The notes: generated by a model not told the origin, from the letters alone. A DNA stretch of 64,000 nt from Candidatus Bathyarchaeota archaeon (GCA_963815095.1 CAWFFH010000003.1:672001-736000); one strand, 5' to 3'; shown: positions 18,173 through 29,103, counted from the first letter of the stretch. Made by a program: numbers and translations.

Positions 18173-20595
18173 CCGTAAAAGAGAAAGAGCTCGTTTTATG
18201 GTTTGAAGATGTAAGAAATATTGATGTTTCTATTGTTGGCGGCAAAAACGCCAGCCTCGGCGAAATGATTTATTCGGGGCTTCCTGTTCCCCCTGGTTTT
18301 GCAGTAACTGCTTTTTCATATGAACGTTATATCCAAGAGAAAAAAATTGCAGAGCAAATTTACAAGCTTATTACTGAAACTGTAACAAACCCAAACGACC
18401 CTAAACAGTACGATACTGCCTCAAAGAAAATCCGTGAACTTATCGAAAAGACTGACATGCCGAAAGATATAGAGACCGCTATAAGAACAGCTTACAAGGA
18501 ACTAAATAAGCGCCTTGAACTCAAAGACACCTTTGTTGCGGTGCGGTCAAGCGCTACAGCCGAGGACTTGCCTGACGCATCGTTTGCGGGTCAACAGGAA
18601 ACTTATCTTAACGTGAAAGGATCAGACGACCTCATTGACAAAGTGAGGAAATGCTGGTCAAGTCTCTTTACTCCACGCGCAATCTTCTATCGCAACGAGA
18701 AAGGTTTTCCACACGAAAAAGTCTTCATAAGTGTCGGTGTACAAAAAATGGTTAACTCTGGATGCGCCGGAGTCATGTTCACCATAAATCCAGTAACTGG
18801 AAATCGTAATGAAATTGTTATAGAAGGCAACTACGGGTTAGGAGAAACCGTGGTTTCAGGTGCCGTTAATCCTGACGACTTTGTCATTGATAAAGCGACA
18901 ACTACAATTAAAGAACGAAGGATTTCTCGCAAGACAATCGAGTACATTCGTGACCCAAAGACAGGTAAAACGGTGCATTTAGACGTGCCAGATGAAAAGC
19001 AGAAAGTAACCTGTATAGAAGACCGGGAAATTTTAGCGCTGGCAGAACTTGCAAAACGAATAGAGAAACACTACAACAAGCCTATGGATATTGAATGGGC
19101 AATTGACCAAGATCTCTCTTATCCACAGAACATGTTTATCGTTCAAGCTCGACCAGAAACAGTTTTTGGTACAAAAGAGATGGAAGGCCCTAAAATGGAA
19201 GATACAAAAGCTCAAGAACAGCTAAAAGTCGTAGTTAGAGGAATCTCCGCTGGGCGAAGAGGCTATGGCGTAGGAAAAGCAACAGTTGTACTAAACCCCG
19301 ACGATGCAAACCGCGACATGAAAAAAGGCGACATCCTCGTTACAGGCATGACTGACCCCGATTTTGTGCCTTTCATGAAAATGGCAAGCGCAATTGTAAC
19401 AGATAAAGGCGGAATCACATCCCACGCAGCCATCGTAAGTCGAGAACTTAACATTCCATGTGTCGTAGGCACCGAAACTGCAACCCAAGTCATGAAAACA
19501 GGGCAAGAATACACGGTGGATTCAAGAAATGGCGTTATCTATGAAGGCGTAATAGCTCAGGCAGTTCAACCAGCAGCAACAAACGGCGGCGCAGTCATGC
19601 AAGTTGCCGAAGCAGCTCCAATTACAGCAACAAAGATTTACATGAACCTCGGAACTCCCGAGATGATTGAACAATACAAGAACTTGCCGTTTGAAGGCAT
19701 AGGTCTGATGCGTACCGAATTCATCTTAGCCAGCGCAATCGGCAAACACCCAATGGCATTTGTTGATGAAGGCAAAAGTCAAGAGTTCGTTGACAAACTT
19801 GCAGAAGGCGTGGCCACTGTTGCACGGGCGATCCAGCCTAAACCAGTCGTGGTACGACTAAGTGACTTCAAAACTAACGAGTACCGCGGATTGAAAGGCG
19901 GTGACAAATACGAAATCATTGAAGAAAACCCAATGTTGGGTTGGAGAGGATGCAGCCGCTACATAAGCAAATGGTACGATAAAGCATTCCGCTTGGAATG
20001 TCAAGCCATAGTAAAATGCCGCAAGGAATGGGCTCTCAAAAACGTCTACGTCATGCTGCCCATGGTCCGCACGCTTTGGGAAGCAAAAGCTGTTCTTCAA
20101 ATCATGAAAGAAGAAGGCTTAGAACGCAGCAAAGATTTCAAGGTTTGGTTCATGGCTGAGACTCCAGCAATCGGAATAATGGCTGATGAATTCAGCAAAC
20201 TTGTCGACGGCTTCAGTATAGGCTCTAACGATATGACTCAAGGAGTGCTGATGATAGACCGCGACTCTGAACGGTTAGGACAAATGGGCTACTTTGATGA
20301 ACGTGATCCAGCAGTGAAACGAATCATAGCCCACCTCATAAAAGCCGCGCATGAAAACGGCTGTACAGTAAGCATCTGTGGTGAAGGGCCATCTAACTTG
20401 CCTGACTTCGCAGAGTTCCTCGTCAGAGTCGGCATCGACAGCATATCAGTAAACAACGACGCCGTAGTCACAACAAGGAAAAACGTTGCCCAAGTGGAAC
20501 AAAAAATAATTCTCGAACGCCTCGCAGAACAAGCTGCATTAGCTCGTGGTCAACCACTCAAAAAACCGACGCAAGACTGGGAATGGCAACTCTAA
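18169..20595 (+). CDS. ppsA: Phosphoenolpyruvate synthase
   Basis: GGKNASLGE, VRSSATAED, phospho-His GGITSHAAIVSRE and SIGSND. Confidence 0.96.
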   Translation: MTVKEKELVLWFEDVRNIDVSIVGGKNASLGEMIYSGLPVPPGFAVTAFSYERYIQEKKIAEQIYKLITETVTNPNDPKQYDTASKKIRELIEKTDMPKDIETAIRTAYKELNKRLELKDTFVAVRSSATAEDLPDASFAGQQETYLNVKGSDDLIDKVRKCWSSLFTPRAIFYRNEKGFPHEKVFISVGVQKMVNSGCAGVMFTINPVTGNRNEIVIEGNYGLGETVVSGAVNPDDFVIDKATTTIKERRISRKTIEYIRDPKTGKTVHLDVPDEKQKVTCIEDREILALAELAKRIEKHYNKPMDIEWAIDQDLSYPQNMFIVQARPETVFGTKEMEGPKMEDTKAQEQLKVVVRGISAGRRGYGVGKATVVLNPDDANRDMKKGDILVTGMTDPDFVPFMKMASAIVTDKGGITSHAAIVSRELNIPCVVGTETATQVMKTGQEYTVDSRNGVIYEGVIAQAVQPAATNGGAVMQVAEAAPITATKIYMNLGTPEMIEQYKNLPFEGIGLMRTEFILASAIGKHPMAFVDEGKSQEFVDKLAEGVATVARAIQPKPVVVRLSDFKTNEYRGLKGGDKYEIIEENPMLGWRGCSRYISKWYDKAFRLECQAIVKCRKEWALKNVYVMLPMVRTLWEAKAVLQIMKEEGLERSKDFKVWFMAETPAIGIMADEFSKLVDGFSIGSNDMTQGVLMIDRDSERLGQMGYFDERDPAVKRIIAHLIKAAHENGCTVSICGEGPSNLPDFAEFLVRVGIDSISVNNDAVVTTRKNVAQVEQKIILERLAEQAALARGQPLKKPTQDWEWQL

Positions 20596-20669
20596 GCCAA
20601 CGCGCGCAACCGTGCAATCTTTATTTTAATTTCTTTTTCTTCTTTTAATCTCAAACGTGAGGACAGAAA

Positions 20670-21671
20670 ATGTTGGGCTTTGATTTTGAAGAAGAACGCA
20701 TAAAACAGGAAATCACCAAACTCGAGGCCAAACGTGTTTTATTGCAGATGCCTGAAGGCCTTAAACCTGAAGCTCCAAAATTAGCCAAACTCATCGAGAA
20801 GTGTGGTGCACTTGCTATTATTTCAGCTGACCCTTGCTACGGAGCATGCGATATCGCGGTAGATGAGGCTGAAGAGTTGGGCGCGGATTTGATTGTACAT
20901 TTTGGCCATGCAAAAATGGTTAAACATGAGTCGATTCCAACGATTTACGTAGAAGCTAGGGCAACCGTTAATGTCGATGAGGCGGTTGGAAAATCACTTT
21001 CACTCCTGAAGGATTACACAACTGTTGGATTAGTAACATCTGTTCAGCATCTTCAAGCTCTTAATCAAGCAAGGGAAATCCTAACTCTCGCGGGAAAAAA
21101 TGTTATAATTGGCGACACGGGGCAAATTGCATATCCCGGGCAAGTCAGTGGATGTAACTATAGCAACGCTAAATCCATTGCCCATGAAGTTGAAGCTTAT
21201 CTTTTTGTGGGCGGCGGAATGTTCCACGCGTTGGGCATAGCACTGGGCACTTCTAAGCCAACCATCGTAGCTGACCCATACGACAACCGAGCATATTCCA
21301 TTAATGCGGAAGCACAAAAGATTCTAAAGCAACGCTTCGCTAGCATCCGTGAAGCTAAGAATGCAAAAAAGTTTGGGATTTTTGTTGGTTTAAAGCCCGG
21401 TCAGAAACATATGGACAGTTCGCTTCACATGAAGGCATTGGCTGAGAAAAATGGCAAAACCGCTTACCTGTTAGCGGCCAGAGAAATTACTCCTGAAACC
21501 CTTTTAGAATTTCCCTCCATTGACGCCTATGTGAACACGGCTTGCCCAAGGGTTTCTCTTGAAGCAACGGGAAAGTTTGTGAAGCCTGTTTTGACGGTTA
21601 ACGAGTTTATGGTTGTTTGCGGCGAATTATCATGGGAGAACATGCTCAAAAAAGGCTTATTCGAAAATTAG
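20670..21671 (+). CDS. dph2: Diphthamide biosynthesis enzyme Dph2
   Basis: QMPEGLK, PCYGACD, GQVSGC and TACPR (three Fe-S Cys). Confidence 0.95.
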   Translation: MLGFDFEEERIKQEITKLEAKRVLLQMPEGLKPEAPKLAKLIEKCGALAIISADPCYGACDIAVDEAEELGADLIVHFGHAKMVKHESIPTIYVEARATVNVDEAVGKSLSLLKDYTTVGLVTSVQHLQALNQAREILTLAGKNVIIGDTGQIAYPGQVSGCNYSNAKSIAHEVEAYLFVGGGMFHALGIALGTSKPTIVADPYDNRAYSINAEAQKILKQRFASIREAKNAKKFGIFVGLKPGQKHMDSSLHMKALAEKNGKTAYLLAAREITPETLLEFPSIDAYVNTACPRVSLEATGKFVKPVLTVNEFMVVCGELSWENMLKKGLFEN

Positions 21672-22330
21672 ACTTGGAGCGTTTCCTTTCCACAGTTGTT
21701 GCCCAACCTGATCCCAACGTTCACTTGGAACAATATACGAGTTCGGAACAGCTTGCTGCAAACATGCTATACATAGCTGCTTATGTTAATGAAGACATTG
21801 TTGGAAGATCAGTGCTTGATTTAGGCTGTGGCACAGGGAGACTTTCGTTAGGTGCATCATACCTTGGCGCCCGGGATGTTGTAGGCGTTGACATTGATAG
21901 GTCAGCTATTAAAACGGCTTCTGAAAACTCAAAGAAAGCAGGCGTTAGTAATGTCCAATGGGTTCTTGCTGACATTAGTGCAGTTGTTGGAAAGTTCGAT
22001 ACTGTTTTGCAGAATCCGCCTTTTGGAGTGCAGAAACGTGAGGCAGACCGTGCTTTCTTGGTTAAAGCCCTGGAGGTCGCCAGCGCAGTTTATTCACTCC
22101 ATAATCATCCCGAAGTTGACACACGGTTGATAAAACAGTTAAAAGCAAGTCAAGGTTTCCTGCAGGTTCCTCCATCTCCATTTATCGAAAGATTCGTTAC
22201 ACAACATGGCGGAATTGTTATAGCAGTTTATGCTATGCTTATGACGATTCCCCGTATGTTTGATTTTCACACAAAACTAAAGCATGACTTCGTCATTGAC
22301 TTATATGTTATCAAAAAGAATGCGCTCTAA
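21632..22330 (+). CDS. METTL5-like N6-adenine RNA methyltransferase (COG2263)
   Basis: LEQYT, DLGCGTG, NPPFG and FDFH. Confidence 0.9.
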   Translation: MGEHAQKRLIRKLDLERFLSTVVAQPDPNVHLEQYTSSEQLAANMLYIAAYVNEDIVGRSVLDLGCGTGRLSLGASYLGARDVVGVDIDRSAIKTASENSKKAGVSNVQWVLADISAVVGKFDTVLQNPPFGVQKREADRAFLVKALEVASAVYSLHNHPEVDTRLIKQLKASQGFLQVPPSPFIERFVTQHGGIVIAVYAMLMTIPRMFDFHTKLKHDFVIDLYVIKKNAL

Positions 22331-22450
22331 TTCTTTGCCACCATAAAAAATTGATTTTTGTTTATTAATCAAAAGGTTTATTGAGCAGATTGGAAACTAA
22401 GCATATGCATTTATCAAAATCAAACTTATTTACAAGTAAAGTGAACCATC

Positions 22451-23032
22451 ATGAGCTTAAAATCTCCAGAACAAAAAAGTGGTCATTTAGTATTGCCTGG
22501 CGAACGCTTAGGCGTTATTGAAGAATTTATTCCCGACTCGGGAACTTATGTTAAAGACGGCGTTATCTTTTCAAAGATTGTTGGTCGTTCACTTATGGAC
22601 TTACAAACTAGGCGGGTGTCTGTTTATCCGGTAGTTGAAAGGGTAGTGGTGCCAAAAGTTTCAACTATAGTCATTGGGCAAGTTGGCAATGCTCAATCTG
22701 ACAACGTTTTAGTGAAGATATTTAGGATTGGACACAAGAAGCTCTCTGGGAACTTTGGCGGCATTTTACATGTCTCAGACGTCTCGGACAGGTATGTTGA
22801 TCAAATTAGCGACGTGTGTAAGCCGGGAGACATCATTCGTGCAAAAGTCATCAGCGACAAGAATCAAGCTTTCCACTTAACAATGAACGACAAAGGCTTA
22901 GGTGTCGTTTACGGTTTTTGTTCAAGATGCGGAACCCTGCTAGAGCAGAATGGGTACGACCTTAAATGTCCAAAAGACGGTAACGTAGAAACACGTAAAA
23001 TAGCTCCAGATTACGGCAAAGAACAACTCTAA
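22451..23032 (+). CDS. csl4: Exosome RNA-binding subunit Csl4
   Basis: VLPGERLG N-terminus, S1 domain (KPGDIIRAKV) and a CSRC...CPKD Zn ribbon. Confidence 0.93.
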   Translation: MSLKSPEQKSGHLVLPGERLGVIEEFIPDSGTYVKDGVIFSKIVGRSLMDLQTRRVSVYPVVERVVVPKVSTIVIGQVGNAQSDNVLVKIFRIGHKKLSGNFGGILHVSDVSDRYVDQISDVCKPGDIIRAKVISDKNQAFHLTMNDKGLGVVYGFCSRCGTLLEQNGYDLKCPKDGNVETRKIAPDYGKEQL

Positions 23033-23046
23033 AAGGCGAAAAAAGC

Positions 23047-23328
23047 ATGAAAGTTAAAGTGTTAAAGAAATCAGAAAACGAGCTAAAGATAGAAATCGAA
23101 GGTTCAAGCCATGGTCTCTGTAACTTGTTAGCAAAGAGGCTTTTAGAAGACAAACGAGTAGAGTTTGCAGGCTACGACGTGCCACATCCTTTAGCTTCAA
23201 GCCCAATCATTTACCTTAGAATGAAAGGTGCCAACAAGCCAGAAGACGCGTTAATTGAAGCTACATCGAAAGTTCGGGAAGCAAACAATGCGTTCAGCAA
23301 AGAACTTGAGCGCGTCCTCAAAGTTTAA
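23047..23328 (+). CDS. rpoL: RNA polymerase subunit Rpo11 (RpoL)
   Basis: EGSSHGLCNLL and FAGYDVPHPL. Confidence 0.93.
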   Translation: MKVKVLKKSENELKIEIEGSSHGLCNLLAKRLLEDKRVEFAGYDVPHPLASSPIIYLRMKGANKPEDALIEATSKVREANNAFSKELERVLKV

Positions 23329-23412
23329 TCCATATTTTTTCAGTTTTTATTTTTTTATATCGGATTTAATGGGCATTATAGTCGATTGACTTCTAAAGGT
23401 TAAGGGAAAAAC

Positions 23413-23994
23413 GTGAACGCCCAAACCGACTTTCATGTCATAAAACCAGAAATTCGAGTGCTCGGAATAGATGACGGAAAATTTATCCCTCAAACTAAGG
23501 GCAGAGTGATTGTTGTAGGTGTTGTTTTTCGAGGCGGCTATTCCATAGATGGCGTTATGCATACAACTGTTGAAATTGACGGATTAGACGCGACTGAACA
23601 ATTGGCATCAATGATTAATAGTTCACCTCATCGCGGGCAGTTGCGTTTGATAATGTTGAATGGAATTACTTTTGCAGGTTTCAATTTGGTGGATTTGAAA
23701 AAATTGAATTTGGCAATTGGGCTTCCTGTGATTGCTTTAACTCATGATAAGCCAGATTTGGATGCAATTAATTTAGCGCTTAAAAATTTGCCTAATTGTG
23801 AAGAGCGGTGGCGGATAGTTCTTGAAGCTGGAAAAATCCATGAGGTCATCAATAAAAGCACCAAAATCTACGTTGAGATAGCAGGAATTTCGCTTGCCGA
23901 TGCAAAAAAAATCATCAAGTTAACTTCTAATAGGAGTAGTTTGCCTGAACCGCTGCGTGTTGCTCATCTTATCGCTTCTGGAATCACGCCTTAA
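23413..23994 (+). CDS. DUF99-family (endonuclease V-like) protein
   Basis: RVLGIDDG, DGLDAT, GITFAGFN and PEPLRVAHLIA. Confidence 0.9.
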   Translation: MNAQTDFHVIKPEIRVLGIDDGKFIPQTKGRVIVVGVVFRGGYSIDGVMHTTVEIDGLDATEQLASMINSSPHRGQLRLIMLNGITFAGFNLVDLKKLNLAIGLPVIALTHDKPDLDAINLALKNLPNCEERWRIVLEAGKIHEVINKSTKIYVEIAGISLADAKKIIKLTSNRSSLPEPLRVAHLIASGITP

Positions 23995-24068
23995 CTTAGG
24001 TTAAATTAGAAAAAGTTTAAAAGGTAGAAAGCTAAGGGAATCCCAAAACGGATGTGGATTGAGGTAAT

Positions 24069-24425
24069 ATGGAATTCTGCCCAAAATGCGGTTCACGTCT
24101 TGAACCAAAGAAATCTAAGAGTGGTAAAGAAGCAACTTTGGTTCTTGCCTGCCAAAAATGCGGTTACAAGAAGCCAGAAGCTGACAAAAACGTCGAAACC
24201 AAAGTGGCGCCTAAAGTTATTCAGCATTCGCCCCAACAATTAGTGGCTGTTATCGGTAAAGAGGAGCAGAAGTTGAATACGTTGCCGACAGCTCGTATTG
24301 AATGTCCAAGGTGTGGGAACAATACAGCTTATGTTTGGCAAGTTCAGACACGTGGAGCAGATGAATCTTCTACTCAATTTATGCGTTGCACTAAATGCAG
24401 TTATACGTTTAGAGAATACAGCTAA
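24069..24425 (+). CDS. tfs: Transcription factor S
   Basis: Two Zn ribbons and the acidic hairpin QTRGADE. Confidence 0.94.
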   Translation: MEFCPKCGSRLEPKKSKSGKEATLVLACQKCGYKKPEADKNVETKVAPKVIQHSPQQLVAVIGKEEQKLNTLPTARIECPRCGNNTAYVWQVQTRGADESSTQFMRCTKCSYTFREYS

Positions 24426-24517
24426 ACTTTTCTTTTATTTTTGCTCTTATCCCAAAATCAACGTTTTGATGTGGATAGGGGTATTCTTTTTTAAATCGAG
24501 GTCACATTTTTACAGTT

Positions 24518-25579
24518 GTGAACGGTATGAACCACAACTTAACTCTGCCAAAAAACAAAGATAACCTCTTTAAGGTTCTGCCGCTCATCGCATTCGCTGT
24601 TCCTTTAGCCATACTTTTTCTTCTTAACCCGTTGGATCCATACCTTAAGGTTTCAACGCAGGACTCTTTCCAGCTAATGTGGAAAGGCAGAACTTTCCAG
24701 TTATTCTTCATTTGGTTAGTAGCTTTAGAGTTTATCTTAAGTTGGGAAACCATCAAATTAAAAATAAGCAGACAAAATAAACCAAGAGCCCTCGCCTTTG
24801 GCTTGGTAATGCTGTTGCCTACACTGTACATATTTTTTGAGTATTATTTTGGGTTAAACATTGCCATAGCAAATTGGGCAACGAAAAGCGGAGTCGCCTT
24901 TTCTGATTCTATGCCGCTTTCAATCGAGTACCTTGTCTTTTCACTTCTCTTCTTCGGGACCATTTTCCTATCTTTTGGAAAGAAGGGGTTGACGGGTTTT
25001 GCTTTGCCCGCCTTGTTTGTGAGTTTAGTCGGGGTTCTCTATACCATCGATAACGTGTTTCCTTACGGGCAATTTACGCCCTTTCAAATTCTGGTTCCAA
25101 CGACTGCATATCTAGCTGCTGGTGTTTTGGGCTTAATAGGGTATGCGGCTGTGCCTGGAACTGATGTCGCGTCGGGAATGCCCATGCTTCATGTGACGGG
25201 TCCATTGGGAACTGCACAGTTTACGATAGCGTGGCCTTGCGCCGGTATTGAAAGCTTGCTTATCTTCACGGCAGTGGCTTTGCTGTTTTTGAAGCGAATG
25301 AATATTTCGTGGAAAGCCAAAATAGGCTACTTCGCCTTTGGAGCAGCAATTACATACTTCATAAATGTCCTGAGAATAGCAACTATCTTTATCATAGGTA
25401 CGCAGTATGGAGTGGACTCAAGCCAAGTTCAATCATTCCACTTTTACTATGGACCCCTGTATGCGATGGCGTGGATTATCTCTTACCCACTAATTATTCT
25501 CGTCAGTCAAAGTTTATGGGGAAAAATCCAAAACGGAAAAATCAGGAAACCTCAACCAATACAGCTAAACCCTGCTTAA
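24518..25579 (+). CDS. Archaeosortase/exosortase-family transpeptidase (thaumarchaeosortase-like)
   Basis: Multi-TM protein with the catalytic triad pattern WPCAG (Cys), INVLRI (Arg) and FHFYYG (His). Confidence 0.85.
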   Translation: MNGMNHNLTLPKNKDNLFKVLPLIAFAVPLAILFLLNPLDPYLKVSTQDSFQLMWKGRTFQLFFIWLVALEFILSWETIKLKISRQNKPRALAFGLVMLLPTLYIFFEYYFGLNIAIANWATKSGVAFSDSMPLSIEYLVFSLLFFGTIFLSFGKKGLTGFALPALFVSLVGVLYTIDNVFPYGQFTPFQILVPTTAYLAAGVLGLIGYAAVPGTDVASGMPMLHVTGPLGTAQFTIAWPCAGIESLLIFTAVALLFLKRMNISWKAKIGYFAFGAAITYFINVLRIATIFIIGTQYGVDSSQVQSFHFYYGPLYAMAWIISYPLIILVSQSLWGKIQNGKIRKPQPIQLNPA

Positions 25580-26123
25580 CCAAAATCTGTGCGTTCTGAG
25601 GCGGCAACGAAGCCACATCATCCGCCACAAATGGACCATACGATTTCATATCTGCGCCCATGATAGCTGGAATCCCTTTTATGAAACGAATCGTTGATCG
25701 TTTATGAGTTGGGGCTACCTCGGATTTAATTTCAACTTTAGCTGCAACTCTGACTGATTCGGCTATTTGGCCTTGCATGAGATTTTCCGAAAACTTTTGA
25801 TAAGTTTTCGTAAACTCGGCAAAGCTTTCGCACATTCTGGCTTCTTCAATCGTAAGCAATTCAGTCGGCAGCTTTTGGCTCTTGGTAACCGTTTTGATGA
25901 TTTTTCTGTACCTTGCCCCAAGCAGTTCCTTAAGCATCCGCTCAACATTAACCGATTCATGAAAAAGCAAATTCATCTTAACCGATTTTTTATCGAGTAC
26001 CTTGTCTTCTTCTTTAATGCGTCGCAGGTACTCTGCTATTTTAGCATAGAAGTCTAGCGGCAAACCTCCAAGCGTAGGGTCATCAATTTCTCTTTGCCAC
26101 GCCGCGTAAAGTTCATTGTACAC
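25542..26123 (-). CDS. GINS subunit Gins51 (Gins15)
   Basis: LPLDFY...RYRKII...LTIEE A domain and a C-terminal B domain GADMKSYGPF...ILVKQG. Directly downstream of priS. Confidence 0.88.
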   Translation of the reverse strand: MYNELYAAWQREIDDPTLGGLPLDFYAKIAEYLRRIKEEDKVLDKKSVKMNLLFHESVNVERMLKELLGARYRKIIKTVTKSQKLPTELLTIEEARMCESFAEFTKTYQKFSENLMQGQIAESVRVAAKVEIKSEVAPTHKRSTIRFIKGIPAIMGADMKSYGPFVADDVASLPPQNAQILVKQGLAVLVEVS

Positions 26124-27370
26124 TACTTTGCCACCTCAGCTCTTCTCTTACAGATAAGCATAACCGCCGCAGCAACCGGCAACTCAACATTCTGGTTCTT
26201 ATATGGACCCAACGTTTCCCCACTCAACCTAAACTCAGGAGCATCAAACACCAACACTTTAGCTGTGCCCTTTTTAAAAGCTACTGCTGCACTAAAAGGG
26301 TCAAAATCATTTAGGTCTTTCGCGGGGAACTCGATTTTTTTTAAGCCCGTTTTGCCATGTAAGGTTCCATTCATTCTGATTAGGCGGTGGATATCGGTTG
26401 TGACCACAGTGTCAATCTTTGAAGATTGGATTTCTCTAACATAATCAGCTAGTTTTAACCACGTTTGATCTTTCACGCCGTTGATGCTTTCCCACTTGCC
26501 TTCGGCGATGGCGCGTTTAATGATTGTATCTTTGTTATCTAGAAGCGCCTTGTTATTTAGACCGATAGCTTTCAGGTCTTCTTTATTGGAGTTTAAAAGC
26601 AGATTTTGCATTCCCACCTTTAGGCGTCTATTCCAACCGAAATTATGTAAGCTAAATTTTTTGACTGGAGTTTTTTTTCCGCCTCTCCCGCGTTTCTCCT
26701 GTGCTTCTTTATCGAGAACACTTATTCCCAACCCAGTAACATAATCGACGATTTCTTTTCTCGCCATAGCATCTAGCGATCGTACAACTTCGCTCTCGAT
26801 ATGTACATGGTATCCGCGGTGTCCAGAAAAATAAACGTGTAATTCATCTTGGGAAAAACCAAAATCGTTCTCCAACATGTCAAGCAGCTTGGCGGTTTCG
26901 TCGCGGGCTGATTGAATGCATAAATCGCATGCCCAAATTTTGGTATCAAACTTTGTCGTTTCACAGCAGGGACAAACTTCTGGAGTGATTCCTCTTCCTT
27001 CAAAACCGCATTTTGCGCATCTGAATTCGTCGTGGATTTTGTTGCATGTTGTAGGGATGTGGTCTGCATCTATGTCGAAGACCAGATCAGAGCCTATCCA
27101 GCCTTTTTTGTCCATGTCAAAATCTGGGTTTTCATAATATGCGCAGGAATGGTAGACATCTGAAGGAATAGTTTCGGCAAGGGTTGCTTTCAGGTTTTTG
27201 AATTCTGCAAATCTACGGTGTCTAACCATGAATCGTTCTTTGAACATGAGATAGCCGAATTCTCGTTGCTCAGGTAAAAAGACTGCAGGAATAACTGTTG
27301 AGGGGTCTTGGTAGTATTCGGTGAATTTTTGGTAAACGAATTCTCGAGAAGCCTCCATGCTAACCCCCAA
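26123..27370 (-). CDS. priS: DNA primase small (catalytic) subunit
   Basis: REFG, LVFDIDAD, FSGHRGYH and IDTVVTTDIHRLIR. Confidence 0.96.
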   Translation of the reverse strand: MGVSMEASREFVYQKFTEYYQDPSTVIPAVFLPEQREFGYLMFKERFMVRHRRFAEFKNLKATLAETIPSDVYHSCAYYENPDFDMDKKGWIGSDLVFDIDADHIPTTCNKIHDEFRCAKCGFEGRGITPEVCPCCETTKFDTKIWACDLCIQSARDETAKLLDMLENDFGFSQDELHVYFSGHRGYHVHIESEVVRSLDAMARKEIVDYVTGLGISVLDKEAQEKRGRGGKKTPVKKFSLHNFGWNRRLKVGMQNLLLNSNKEDLKAIGLNNKALLDNKDTIIKRAIAEGKWESINGVKDQTWLKLADYVREIQSSKIDTVVTTDIHRLIRMNGTLHGKTGLKKIEFPAKDLNDFDPFSAAVAFKKGTAKVLVFDAPEFRLSGETLGPYKNQNVELPVAAAVMLICKRRAEVAK

Positions 27371-27435
27371 TTGATAGTAGATACTTGATCAGCTTAAATT
27401 TAACTTATGCCGATAAAAATCGGTTTTTCTTTGGG

Positions 27436-29103
27436 TTAGATTTTAAGTATGCTTTGGACGAAACTAAAAGCTTGCAGTGGATTGCCACTAAAGCAAAGCA
27501 TTATAATCATAAATATCAACCAAAAGATAGTGACTTCTAACTCTTTTTTGTTTTGGGGAATCAGAGCATACACAAAAACGTACGGTATATACCAGTATTG
27601 GAAGTAAGGCAACATGAAACTTGGAAAAAGCAAAAAAATAGCGGAGAAAGAAAGCAAACTGTTTTTGTTAAGCATGTAGGCGGCATAAACCAACGTAACT
27701 GACAGTGTCAACAAAACTCCTGCAGATTGGTATAACCAACTGATTTGAGCGTGTGGGGCAAAAGCGTTGATGGCGTTCATAACCAACTCAGGTCTGGTCT
27801 GCAAAAGAAACGGTAAACTCAGGTAAGCCGTAAAGCCACTAATCCCAAAAAACACAATTCCAAAAATAACTGCCTTTCTTTGAATGAACAATCTAAAACT
27901 GTTTCTGGTCAAAAGTTTCATCAAACCAGCAATAATTAGCGGCAAAAGGAAAAGGAAAGCTTGATACTTAAAAAAGACAGAAACTCCCATAGACAAAAAG
28001 AAGATGTCATATCGTTCACTTAGAAACATCGTTACCGCAATCAAAGCAAAGATGAATGCCACTGAATCAAACATGCCTCCGGCGGCGTAAAGCACCAAAG
28101 AAACGTAAATGATATAGAGCCCAGCTATTTTCCAGAATAAATGCGAGTTCTTGTTAAGAAAACTACTTAGGAAAAAGAAGACGCAAATATGGGCGAATAC
28201 AAGGAAAATGGCGATCTCAAGTTTGTAAATCAAAACGGGGGCAAAACCGTTCTGCAATAAGGCGCCAAAGGGCAAAAACACCAAAATGCTGCCCATCGGA
28301 TATAGATGCGGCATTTCGGGCCAAGTTACAAACATATAGCGTGAATTATCATGGTTTGCGAGTGCGCCCAAAGGTTGGGTAAACACTGATAAGCCATCTT
28401 TGAGAAATAGGCTGGACACATAATCATCTCTGACATGGTCGGTATACCAGTTATTGAACGTCGCAAGCGGGTTAGAATTTGCTGCCAAAATCACTAGCCA
28501 GATAACCAACGATATCAAAAGAAGAGCCAACAAGCGATTGCGGTAGGTTCTCGTTAAAGGTTGTGACTCTTGGGTAGGTCCTAATTTTTCTGTGAACCTA
28601 GGATAAGCCCATTTTAAAATGATTATCAGGGCAGATGTTGCACTTATTAGGAACATGATTTTTGCTGGTGTGTTAAGCCAGCCTAGTGGGTAGACGACTT
28701 GTGGTTTCTCGACTGTTACTTGAAAGTTGATCCAGCTTGCGTTTAGTTCGTTGGAATAAAAGACGGCTTCGTAGTAACTGGGTCCTACAATGAACGAGTG
28801 GGTGATGTTTTGGTTTGTTAGGTTAGAGTAAATTGTTGTGTTTGAGGTTACAACTGCAAAATTTTTCGTGAAAACCGTTGGGGAATCAACTGTTAGGGAT
28901 AGGTTTTCTCCACCACGGAAAGCGCCTAAGCCCTGCCTGAAGACTTCGTTTTGGCTTAACCTAAAGGAATCGTGGATAATGATGCTTTTTTGGTTGCTGC
29001 CGGTAGCAACTGGGTATAAGCTTGCGACCGATAAGACGATGCTTAGCACTAGAAACACAGTAACGCCTAAGAGAAGAATTTTAGCCGAGCCAAGCCTTTT
29101 CAT
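27436..29103 (-). CDS. Multi-TM GT-C-fold glycosyltransferase-like protein (GT87-like) with N-terminal extracellular beta domain
   Basis: About 12 hydrophobic segments, loop WYTDH, HLYP, GMFDS and FFKYQ. Adjacent to a Dol-P-sugar synthase. Confidence 0.6.
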   Translation of the reverse strand: MKRLGSAKILLLGVTVFLVLSIVLSVASLYPVATGSNQKSIIIHDSFRLSQNEVFRQGLGAFRGGENLSLTVDSPTVFTKNFAVVTSNTTIYSNLTNQNITHSFIVGPSYYEAVFYSNELNASWINFQVTVEKPQVVYPLGWLNTPAKIMFLISATSALIIILKWAYPRFTEKLGPTQESQPLTRTYRNRLLALLLISLVIWLVILAANSNPLATFNNWYTDHVRDDYVSSLFLKDGLSVFTQPLGALANHDNSRYMFVTWPEMPHLYPMGSILVFLPFGALLQNGFAPVLIYKLEIAIFLVFAHICVFFFLSSFLNKNSHLFWKIAGLYIIYVSLVLYAAGGMFDSVAFIFALIAVTMFLSERYDIFFLSMGVSVFFKYQAFLFLLPLIIAGLMKLLTRNSFRLFIQRKAVIFGIVFFGISGFTAYLSLPFLLQTRPELVMNAINAFAPHAQISWLYQSAGVLLTLSVTLVYAAYMLNKNSLLSFSAIFLLFPSFMLPYFQYWYIPYVFVYALIPQNKKELEVTIFWLIFMIIMLCFSGNPLQAFSFVQSILKI

